Assembly: GCF_000007225.1 (NCBI RefSeq)
Contig: NC_003364.1
Span: 2,190,001 to 2,222,000, forward strand
Source: Pyrobaculum aerophilum str. IM2
GTDB lineage: Archaea > Thermoproteota > Thermoprotei > Thermoproteales > Thermoproteaceae
Reading direction: 5' to 3'
DNA: 32,000 nt
Of this stretch, positions 15,818 through 23,339 are shown piece after piece. The notes below the pieces were generated by a model. That model worked only from the letters and a program-made list of their open reading frames with translations. It was not told the DNA's origin and made no database searches. The translations under genes and the position numbers were made by a program. Within the stretch, counting starts at the first letter, position 1, and every line of letters begins with the position of its first letter.

Positions 15818-17929
15818 ATGAAGTGGACAATCACGGCGTTAGTAATATCAATGGCGCTGGCGGCGCTGGCTTACAGCCAGGCAACTGTGGGCTTAACTCC
15901 TTCGGTGGATTACCTCTGGCTCGGCGCCAAGTGGAGCCAAGTGCCGAAGTACCCAGGCGATATAGGCGTCCTAACCCTTTCCTATTATCTGTCAAACCAG
16001 TATGTTGACGTCTCTGTATATATTGATCCGAAATGCCCCTACCTCACGCCTCTGGAAACCGCCAGGCTCCCGTCGGCGGGTCCCGGCGTTGTCACCGTCG
16101 CCCTTAAGGTGTCAGTCTCGGCGCTAAACGTTACGTGTCCAGTCAACGTTGTGTTCCACGCTACATATAAAGCCGCGGGTTCGTCTCTCACAGACGGAAT
16201 GGAGAAAGTGGAGTACGCCGAGATTTACATACCGCCATACCCTACGGCGGAGGTATCCGCTAGGGGTGTGGCGTATATTGGACTGCCCAGCGCAATTACG
16301 CTAATTGTCAAAAGCCCCTATTTACTCATGGCCTCGCTGTCAGTACAGGGGCAGGGGGCGCGGGTGCTCTCTCCCACGGGCCAATACGCAGTAAATAGCA
16401 CATATGCGGAAATTCCAGTTATTTTAATAGCGGATACCTACTCGGCGTCTTTGCTAGTGACTATACAAGCGAGGGATTGGCTGGGGAACCCAGTGGCGCT
16501 GACATACGCCGTTCCAGTGGCAGCGGCGCCTACGCCTCCGCCAGTGCTTTACATAAGCCCAACTACTCTATATCTCAACAAGTACAACAGAGTCAACCTC
16601 ACAATACAACTGCCAGTGGCGGCAGACGGCCTAGCCGTAGTGACCGCCTCAGGCGCCGTAATGCCTCAGTCAAGTATAACAATTCCCATTAAAAACGGCA
16701 GGGGGTCGGGGCAGGTCGAAGTTTACCCAGTGGCAAACGCGGTAGTCTTCACGGCGCAAGTCACTTATCAAACCTCCGGCGTCTCAAAAACTGACCAGAT
16801 ATCAGCCACCGTTTCTGTCCAGCAGACAGTAGGAGGAATTGCAAAGGTAGTAGTAAAGCCCTCTAGGCTTATAGCAGGCGTTACGAATAACGTCACCTTA
16901 ATTGCCTCGGCGCCCGGCCCCTTTAACGTCTCAGTAACTGTGTCAAACGCCGCAGTGGACAAGCCCCAGCCCTTTTACTTCGGCGGCGCGGACACGGCAT
17001 CGGCAAGCCTATTAATCACCCCGCTTTCAAACCAGCCAGTGACAATTGCCGTGTCTATTTACCACAGCGCCGGCGTGGATCAGTACACTATTAACCTGCC
17101 CGTGACCTCCTCCAGTATATACACAGTAATCCCAACGCCCTCTATTGTAAAGTCCGGGGGCAACCGTACAGTAATAGTGACTGTAATAAACAGCGGCGAC
17201 GTGGCCGTGCAAAAAGCCGTAGTCACCATCTCCCCCGCGTCGGGCAACGTCCTAGCCTCCACATACACCTTCCAAATAAGCCGCCTCGCCCCGCTTGACA
17301 GCGTCCAGTTGCCCATTTCCTTTATAGTCCCCGCAACATACAGCGGCACAATAGCCTTTACATACAACATAGTCTACACCACGGAGCTCGGCACTACGAG
17401 CTCCGCCCAAGGCACTTTCTACCTCCAGTCCCTCCAGACGCCGGTGGTTAATATCACCAGCGTCACTGTGGTCCCAACAGTGCCGGAGCCCAGGAGGACG
17501 TTTTATATCTCCCTAACAGTGGTCAACAAGGGCTTCGCCTCTGTGTCAAATTTACAAGTAGAGGCCAAACTGCCGCGGGGCATTAGGCCGGTGACCTCGC
17601 CGATATATTTCGCCGGCCAGCTCGACTCCCAGCAGACGGCCACAATACCCCTAAGCTTCAACGCAACTGCGCCCGGCCAGTACCAAATAGAGCTGACAAT
17701 ATCCTATACAGACCAATACGGCAATTACTACACAATTCCCTACACGGTGACGATAAACGTGGCCAATGGCACTAGATTCCTGGGCCCCGGCGGCAGGCCC
17801 ACGACTGCGCCGCAGGTCGGCGCCAGCAACTTCGGCCAGACTTGGACATACGCCGCGGCGGCTGTGGCTGTAATAATAGCGGTAATTTCAGCTCTTTACC
17901 TCACGAGGCGTAGGAAACTAAAAAGTTGA
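15818..17929 (+). CDS. large extracellular beta-rich surface protein with CARDB/COG1361-like repeats and C-terminal TM anchor
   Basis: Start at ATG 15818 (MKWTITALVISMALAALAYSQA signal). Many NxS/T sequons. Two C-terminal repeats of the type 'T..V.V.N.G.. ....V......PG.Y.I.L.ISYTD..G'. C-terminal AAAAVAVIIAVISALYLTRRRK. Confidence 0.75.
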   Translation: MKWTITALVISMALAALAYSQATVGLTPSVDYLWLGAKWSQVPKYPGDIGVLTLSYYLSNQYVDVSVYIDPKCPYLTPLETARLPSAGPGVVTVALKVSVSALNVTCPVNVVFHATYKAAGSSLTDGMEKVEYAEIYIPPYPTAEVSARGVAYIGLPSAITLIVKSPYLLMASLSVQGQGARVLSPTGQYAVNSTYAEIPVILIADTYSASLLVTIQARDWLGNPVALTYAVPVAAAPTPPPVLYISPTTLYLNKYNRVNLTIQLPVAADGLAVVTASGAVMPQSSITIPIKNGRGSGQVEVYPVANAVVFTAQVTYQTSGVSKTDQISATVSVQQTVGGIAKVVVKPSRLIAGVTNNVTLIASAPGPFNVSVTVSNAAVDKPQPFYFGGADTASASLLITPLSNQPVTIAVSIYHSAGVDQYTINLPVTSSSIYTVIPTPSIVKSGGNRTVIVTVINSGDVAVQKAVVTISPASGNVLASTYTFQISRLAPLDSVQLPISFIVPATYSGTIAFTYNIVYTTELGTTSSAQGTFYLQSLQTPVVNITSVTVVPTVPEPRRTFYISLTVVNKGFASVSNLQVEAKLPRGIRPVTSPIYFAGQLDSQQTATIPLSFNATAPGQYQIELTISYTDQYGNYYTIPYTVTINVANGTRFLGPGGRPTTAPQVGASNFGQTWTYAAAAVAVIIAVISALYLTRRRKLKS

Positions 17930-18125
17930 AAAACTCCTCAGCCTCTTCTTCAGTTAAAAACCCCACGCCTAATTTTTCCGCGAGCTCCTTGTCCCCAACC
18001 ACCACTGCGAACTTCCCCCTTATGTCAGGCACTCCGTTTTTGGCGGAGACAACCTCCAGCCCCTCTATTTTTAACTGGGCCCATTTCTGCGGAATATCTC
18101 CCTTAAATATCACGATAAGAGTCAT
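17901..18125 (-). CDS. small (74 aa) cytoplasmic protein with acidic tail, unknown function
   Basis: The internal ATG at 18125 is preceded by a strong tttttatatagg box about 22 nt upstream. Sequence MTLIVIFKGD...EEEAEEFF. The 3' end overlaps the surface-protein gene by 29 nt. Confidence 0.4.
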   Translation of the reverse strand: MTLIVIFKGDIPQKWAQLKIEGLEVVSAKNGVPDIRGKFAVVVGDKELAEKLGVGFLTEEEAEEFFNFLVSYAS

Positions 18126-18264
18126 AGTGCACAATTTGTACCTATATAAAAACATTACTGCGTAATCCCTGTTGTCCAATGTTAAAACTCGCCGGCCCGG
18201 CCTCCCCACCAATCGGGCTCGCCCTCGGCAGTCACAAAATCCTTACTTCAAAGAAGACTATAGC

Positions 18265-18597
18265 TTAAAACCATTTCTCCAGCAGTTTATAAACAACTCC
18301 GTAGCCCAGAGACATAACGCCGAAAAAGGCGATGGCGACAGCCAACGCCGTAGTGAAGTACCCGCCCTCAACCGTTACTCTGCCGCCTAGTAACAACGCC
18401 GCTATTAACAGCGACAGTAGAATTGCAGTTAAGACGCCGAAGATGACAAGGGCTTGTGTAAACGGCCCCCTGTTACGCAGAAATATCCCCACGACCACTG
18501 CCACAACGACGAACAAGGCCACGGTAAGAGGATCGGAAATTCTCAAAGCCACGGCCGCCGCGGCGGGGACGACCGCCGAAATCAGAGGCCTCAACAT
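18265..18597 (-). CDS. small membrane protein (3-4 TM)
   Basis: 110 aa, hydrophobic. gtttttattag box about 25 nt upstream of ATG 18597. Confidence 0.55.
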   Translation of the reverse strand: MLRPLISAVVPAAAAVALRISDPLTVALFVVVAVVVGIFLRNRGPFTQALVIFGVLTAILLSLLIAALLLGGRVTVEGGYFTTALAVAIAFFGVMSLGYGVVYKLLEKWF

Positions 18598-18745
18598 GCC
18601 ATTAAAAACGTCCAGCTAATAAAAACATTATACAAATCACTTGTTGAAAGCGCTTTCGGTGTAAATGAAAGAATTCCAAAAAACTCAGTACTTAAATGAA
18701 ATAATTACATTAGATACAGGAGATAATACTTCATTCATTCATTCC

Positions 18746-18756
18746 TTAAAAGCATA
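18746..18756 (+). promoter_or_regulatory. TATA-like box upstream of the small Cys-rich ORF
   Basis: ttaaaagcata centred about 23 nt upstream of ATG 18773, the same spacing as the well-supported genes. Preceded by (tcat)x3 at 18731-18742. Confidence 0.4.
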
Positions 18757-18772
18757 GGAAAGTTCAAAAAAC

Positions 18773-18961
18773 ATGGCAACGGTAGAAAAAATAAAGAGAT
18801 TAGAGAGAATGGCAAAATACGCGCCAGCGGCAGCCACACTGGCGTTAATAGGAATAAGCCAATTTGCAAACGCGATGAGTATCTCTCCTAATGAGATATG
18901 TTTTGATGGATGGTGTATTAGGATTTGTGGGCGGATAGGACCCTTTAAGATTTGCTTGTAA
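18773..18961 (+). CDS. 62-aa pre-peptide: signal-peptide-like N-terminus plus 28-aa cationic 4-Cys C-terminal region
   Basis: The ORF is open in a locally AT-rich stretch. It has a basic n-region, h-region YAPAAATLALIGISQF, an A-N-A motif, then MSISPNEICFDGWCIRICGRIGPFKICL. The promoter-like box has canonical spacing. Confidence 0.45.
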   Translation: MATVEKIKRLERMAKYAPAAATLALIGISQFANAMSISPNEICFDGWCIRICGRIGPFKICL

Positions 18962-18990
18962 CAATCTTAAAATAAGGTATATTTTTTCAC

Positions 18991-20004
18991 GTGCTTTCTA
19001 TTTACTCTGTATATGCCGAGGAGAGGAGGGGGTTAATAGTGGGGATATTCCTCACGGCCTTCCTCTCCACCCTTGCGTTGACTGCGGCATTTGCCTTTTG
19101 GGATCTCGGCGGCGCTCTGGCGGCGGATCTGAGGGATTTGTTGGGCTTGGGGCGGTACGTCATTATGTCCCAGGAGGGGGCTGGGCTGACGTGGGCCGAC
19201 GTGGCTAAGGCCGCGGCCGCCGTGTGCTCCGACAGGTCGTACGGGGTGACTTACCTCCCGCTGAAAATAGCGTATTTAAACGGCACTGAGCGCTGGGTCA
19301 CTGCCGCTTTTCTCCCGCGGTGGGCAATGGAGGGAATTGCATTGCTGGAAGTGGCGGCATCACAGGCCTTGGCCAGAGAGGGCGATATGCTATACGCCTA
19401 CATATCTGGGAAGCCCCTCCTTGTGACAGTGGCTAGGGCCCTAAGGGGCCAGATTTACGTGCCGGGCCTCTCCGCCGATTTGTATTTAGACTCAGACCTC
19501 ATCGGCGCCTCTCATTTCAACGTCATAGTTGTCGAAAAGGGGAGTTGCGGTAGTGTCGAGGATTTAAGGGCCCTCTTCCCCGGGGCTGTTGTGTTAGACA
19601 CAGACGCGCTCCTCACTGCCTTTTGGGGCCAGCTGTTAATATACTTGGCCGGTGCGGCCGTTGTGGCGGCCTCTGCCACCGCCGCAGTGGCGGCCATGAG
19701 CTACGCCTTGGCCACATCGGCGCTACAAGCCCATTGGAAAGACTTTGCCATTATGAGAGTACTCGGCATGAAGAAGCAGCAGTTATTGGCGCTGGCCGCC
19801 TTGTTGTTCTACACGCCCGCCTTGTCGGGGGTCGTCGCCGCGGCGTTTTTGGCGGGGGGAATAGAAGTTGAGGGGCTGGGGGGCATGGCCTACAGCGCAA
19901 TTAAAGCCGCGGCAGTGGTTGGCGCCTCCTCGGCGCTTCCCCTCTTCCCAGCGTTTAGAAGGCTGTACTCCATGCATCCAGTGGAGGCCTTGAGGCATGA
20001 GTAG
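18991..20004 (+). CDS. MacB/FtsX-family permease (third, divergent copy)
   Basis: GTG start. Architecture: TM1, about 170-aa outside domain, 3 TMs. 'FAIMRVLGMKKQQL' and C-terminal 'PAFRRLYSMHPVEALRHE' match the FtsX-family signatures seen in the other two copies. Confidence 0.75.
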   Translation: MLSIYSVYAEERRGLIVGIFLTAFLSTLALTAAFAFWDLGGALAADLRDLLGLGRYVIMSQEGAGLTWADVAKAAAAVCSDRSYGVTYLPLKIAYLNGTERWVTAAFLPRWAMEGIALLEVAASQALAREGDMLYAYISGKPLLVTVARALRGQIYVPGLSADLYLDSDLIGASHFNVIVVEKGSCGSVEDLRALFPGAVVLDTDALLTAFWGQLLIYLAGAAVVAASATAAVAAMSYALATSALQAHWKDFAIMRVLGMKKQQLLALAALLFYTPALSGVVAAAFLAGGIEVEGLGGMAYSAIKAAAVVGASSALPLFPAFRRLYSMHPVEALRHE

Positions 20005-21091
20005 AGCCGTTTATTCGTGGCCTGCACCGGTTTACAAGCCAGGAGAATACTTGTTAAAACTGCCTAACGTGAGGGAGTCGCCGTATCAAACGCGGGAAGA
20101 GGGCGGCTCAGTTGTCTGCACTCTCTGTCACAGGCGCTGTAGGCTGCCGCCCGGCAAGATAGGCGCATGCGGCATGAGGTTTAACCTCGGCGGTAGGCTG
20201 TACACGGCGGCTTACGGACTTTTGACAGCCGCCGAGTCTAGGCCGATGGAAATAAAGCCATTGTACCACTTCTACCCCGGGACTTCCGCTGTTACAATAA
20301 GCACGTGGGGCTGTAACTTCCCGTGTGCTTGGTGTCAAAACTGGCATTTGAGCAAGACGGCGTCGCCGGCTGGCGCCTACGTCCCGCCCGAGAGAGTTGT
20401 GGAGTGGGCCCTGGAGAACGGGGATTCAGGTGTCAACGTGAGTTTCAACGAGCCAACTCTTTTGGCTGAATACGCCGAGGAGGTCTTCAGGCTAGCCCGT
20501 GCCCGGGGCCTCCACGCCTCTATTAATACCAACGGCTACCTCACTGAGGAGGCGGTGAGGAGACTTGCCGAGGCGGGCATGGAGGGGATGAACATCGATA
20601 TTAAGGGCGGGAGGGAGACGTATAGAAGGTGGCTCGCCGCGAATTTCGACAAGTTCCTCTCCACAGCCCGCCACGCGAAGGGCATGGGAATACACGTCGA
20701 GTTTACCTACCTGGTCATCCCGGGCGTAAACGACCACGAGGCGGAAGAGGTAATTGAGGCGGTGGCCTCCTTCGGCCGGGAGACTCCTCTCCACATAACC
20801 GCCTACTACCCGGCACATAAGCTCTTCAACCCGCCCACGCCCCCGGAACTCCTCGAAGAGCTGTGGCGCAGGGCGAGGAGAGAGCTGGACTACGTCTACG
20901 TGGGCAACGTCCCGGGACACCCTGGCCAGCACACCTACTGCCCAAGGTGCGGCTACGCCGTGATAAAGAGGGCGGGAGACAGGGCTGTGAAAATAGAATT
21001 GGCACAGGGGAGGTGTCCCAAGTGCGGCTGGGAGATTCCCATTAGAGGAAAGCCGGGAAAATACGGACGGCTCTACCGCTCGTTTATATAA
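19997..21091 (+). CDS. radical SAM enzyme, PflA-like / AmmeMemoRadiSam (AmrS)-type
   Basis: The ATG overlaps the permease stop by 8 nt. 'GCNFPCAWCQNW' (CX3CX2C), N-terminal 'CTLCHRRC..GACG', 'IKPLYHFYPG', and a C-terminal CPRCG..CPKCG ribbon. Confidence 0.85.
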   Translation: MSRAVYSWPAPVYKPGEYLLKLPNVRESPYQTREEGGSVVCTLCHRRCRLPPGKIGACGMRFNLGGRLYTAAYGLLTAAESRPMEIKPLYHFYPGTSAVTISTWGCNFPCAWCQNWHLSKTASPAGAYVPPERVVEWALENGDSGVNVSFNEPTLLAEYAEEVFRLARARGLHASINTNGYLTEEAVRRLAEAGMEGMNIDIKGGRETYRRWLAANFDKFLSTARHAKGMGIHVEFTYLVIPGVNDHEAEEVIEAVASFGRETPLHITAYYPAHKLFNPPTPPELLEELWRRARRELDYVYVGNVPGHPGQHTYCPRCGYAVIKRAGDRAVKIELAQGRCPKCGWEIPIRGKPGKYGRLYRSFI

Positions 21092-21284
21092 CCCCCGCGC
21101 CGATTGAGCTAAGAGCAATAACTCTTTTTCCCCCGGAGGCGCCATATGCTTTTTTGCGGCGCTCTGATCTTACTGGCGACCCCCGGCTGCCGCTGGATGT
21201 ACAGGCAGAGCCCAATGCCCGTTGCAAACGCTTCCCAGCGCCAAATTTTATAACGTAAAAAAGGGAGTGAAGTGTAGAGCTGGA

Positions 21285-21720
21285 ATGCCCTGGCGGGAGT
21301 TGGCTAAGTATAATGAGGGGAGTTTGGCCGGGGCGAAGTACGGGGCGGGGCTAAAACCCCCGGAGGCCGGCCTTTATAAAAACGCCGCTGGATAGGCATT
21401 TCAAGCGTTTAAAGGGGCTCTAGCGGCCGGGCGCAGGGACTATAAGGCGCGTAAATACGCCGTCATCAAAAGGCTTAAAGGCGGGAAGAGGGTAGAGTAT
21501 GTAGACAGGCTTGCTATTATAACGGGGCTTCTCTTAGGAAATCGCAAGGGATCTCTCGGCGCTGGAGGAGGCAGAACTACTGCACTACGCCAACACCGCC
21601 CTCAATCTCAGCGAATTCCAATACAACGGTAGCGGCGCGCTGAGCAGGCGTGCAAGACTGAAATCCGTAGAGGAGGACGTAGCGGCGTTTGCGCGTTATG
21701 TCATTAGAAAAGGCGCCTAG
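21285..21720 (+). pseudogene. PaREP1-family pseudogene (in-frame TAG plus frameshift)
   Basis: 'LYKNAAG*AFQAFKGALAA' (TAG at 21393-21395 where the neighbour has K in NAAGKAFQAW). The frame shifts near 21540-21550 into 'ALEEAELLHYANTALNLSEFQYNGSGALS..VEEDVAAFARYVIRKGA*', which is collinear with 'ALDLHDYQYHGPDPDMALS..' of 21783..22319. Confidence 0.6.
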
Positions 21721-21782
21721 ATACCCGGCCGGCACCCCTTAGGCGCAACAAGGGGTACACAACAGACGAAGGCGAGGATGAT

Positions 21783-22319
21783 CTATAATTTGAGTGCTTT
21801 CAGTGCCCTTTCGAGTTCCTCACTCCACTGGACTCTTTGCCTCAATGCCTCAACGCGCTTAGCCAGTTCTTTCAGAAGCAACACGACGTCTCTAGCCGCC
21901 TCCTCTCTGTTGCGGTATTTGCTCAACGCCATGTCCGGGTCTGGGCCGTGGTATTGATAGTCGTGGAGATCAAGCGCCTTGTCAGTGCCGAAAGAAATGC
22001 CCCCATGTCCCACCTCCTCCAACATTTGTGACAACGCCTTTATTCTCCCAGTGGGAACTCTCGGCACTGCTGTGGATTCAAGCCAGCGCCTCTCATCCTC
22101 AGTCTTTACAACGGCCTTAAGTTTTTCTAACTCCAACCGGAGGAGAGCCGCCAAAAACGCCCGCCATGCTTGAAAAGCCTTCCCAGCGGCGTTTCTCACA
22201 AGCCCCCTCTCAAGAAACTCCAAAGCAAGACGCCCCTCCACCAGAGCCTCTAACAAACGCGCAGAGACATAGCCCTCAGTCGACGGCTTGGGAAGGGGTT
22301 TTTCAAGTAGTTTCTCCAC
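21783..22319 (-). CDS. PaREP1-family protein (intact)
   Basis: GTG start with gcataaaaataac about 24 nt upstream. 'LVRNAAGKAFQAWRAFLAALL', 'DLHDYQYHGPDPDMALSKY'. All-helical, 178 aa. Confidence 0.7.
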   Translation of the reverse strand: MEKLLEKPLPKPSTEGYVSARLLEALVEGRLALEFLERGLVRNAAGKAFQAWRAFLAALLRLELEKLKAVVKTEDERRWLESTAVPRVPTGRIKALSQMLEEVGHGGISFGTDKALDLHDYQYHGPDPDMALSKYRNREEAARDVVLLLKELAKRVEALRQRVQWSEELERALKALKL

Positions 22320-22470
22320 ATATTGATCATCGTTGTTATTTTTATGCTTAACGACCTCGACCGACAGTTAGGCGCTTCATGCTTCAAATTACCGCGTCTC
22401 TAGGCCGTAGCGGGGCGGACTCGAGCCCGTGTAGTAGTTTATTACAAGCCCTCCAATGTGCCGCCGGTTT

Positions 22471-22977
22471 TTATGGGGATTTGCAGACTGGTATTAAAGC
22501 CGGTCCGTCTAAATCGTAGTAGTAGCCCTCGACCTCTGCCCACAGCTCTCTTAGCTTTTCACACGCGATTTTCACGTTTTCCACCTCCGCCTTTCTCAAG
22601 TCCCCGCCAGCCCTCTTGACTGCCTCGTTTAACTAGGCGGCGAGAGAAGGCGGCGCCTCGCCTTTAAAGGCCAGCTCAACCGCGCCGCAACGTTTGTGTC
22701 CAATTACGTATATCTTCTTGACGCCGAGTTTTTCAACTGCGAATTTCAACGAGTCGTATACGGCGTCTGTGACCACGTTGCCTGCTATTCTCACGACGAA
22801 CATGCCGCCAATATTTGAGAGAGTCAGCAACTCGTGGGAGAGGCGAGAGTCTGAACAAGTCAAAACTGCACACCGCGGCGATTGGCGGCTGACAGTGGCC
22901 TTTATTCTCGCCAAAATGCTCTCGGCGGTTAAAGCCCCGGCTCCGTTTAATAAATTTCTAAAACCCTCGAGGCACAT
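22471..22977 (-). pseudogene. beta-class carbonic anhydrase (Cab-type) interrupted by one in-frame TAG
   Basis: 'CSDSR', 'RIAGNVV' and 'IGHKRCGAV' precede the TAG (22633-22635). The same frame continues for 54 codons, 'LNEAVKRAGGDLRKAEVENVKIACEKLRELWAEVEGYYYDLDGPALIP..', to TAA 22471-22473. This gives about 169 aa, the normal size for Cab-type enzymes. Confidence 0.75.
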
Positions 22978-23339
22978 AATTCGACGTATGTTATAGCTTA
23001 AAAGCGTTATTGCCTGGATATAGGGCCCGGACGCGGCGCGCGAACCGCCTCCTATTAAGCCAAGACTTGATGTAAGGCCTCATATCCCTCAATTACTCCG
23101 GGATGCTCATCATAACTGGCAGAGATTTAACGCGAAGTCAACATGGTGTATCCACGCCTACTATTCCACTTTAAACATAAAGCCTGTTGACTATCGCTAC
23201 TGTGGAGTTGGAAAACTGGTGAGATTTAGCTATAAGGGGGCTGTGGATAAGTGCGAGACACGGCGTTAAGACAAGACTGCCTTTACTGCGTCTTCCCGTG
23301 GCGGTAATAGAAAATTGTTTTAAAAAATGCCGTTGTGAT

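Noticed and set aside
20492-21145. A 217-aa ORF antisense to the radical SAM gene. Similar antisense ORFs are at 11269..11769, 12916..13329, 25959..26411, 27067..27474 and 30777..31208.
   Set aside because: These are long shadow ORFs, typical of GC-rich coding DNA. They are Arg/Pro/Gly-rich, have no motifs, and the opposite strand has clear family signatures.
23041-23120. A possible C/D-box sRNA on the minus strand. It has a C-box-like ATGATGA (rc of 23107-23113) and terminal complementarity gccag...cttggc.
   Set aside because: There is no canonical CUGA D box at the expected position (it reads tctt/cttg). The D'/C' candidates are poor and the guide spacing is off. I could not support the call without a covariance-model scan (for example a Pyrobaculum snoscan/Infernal run).
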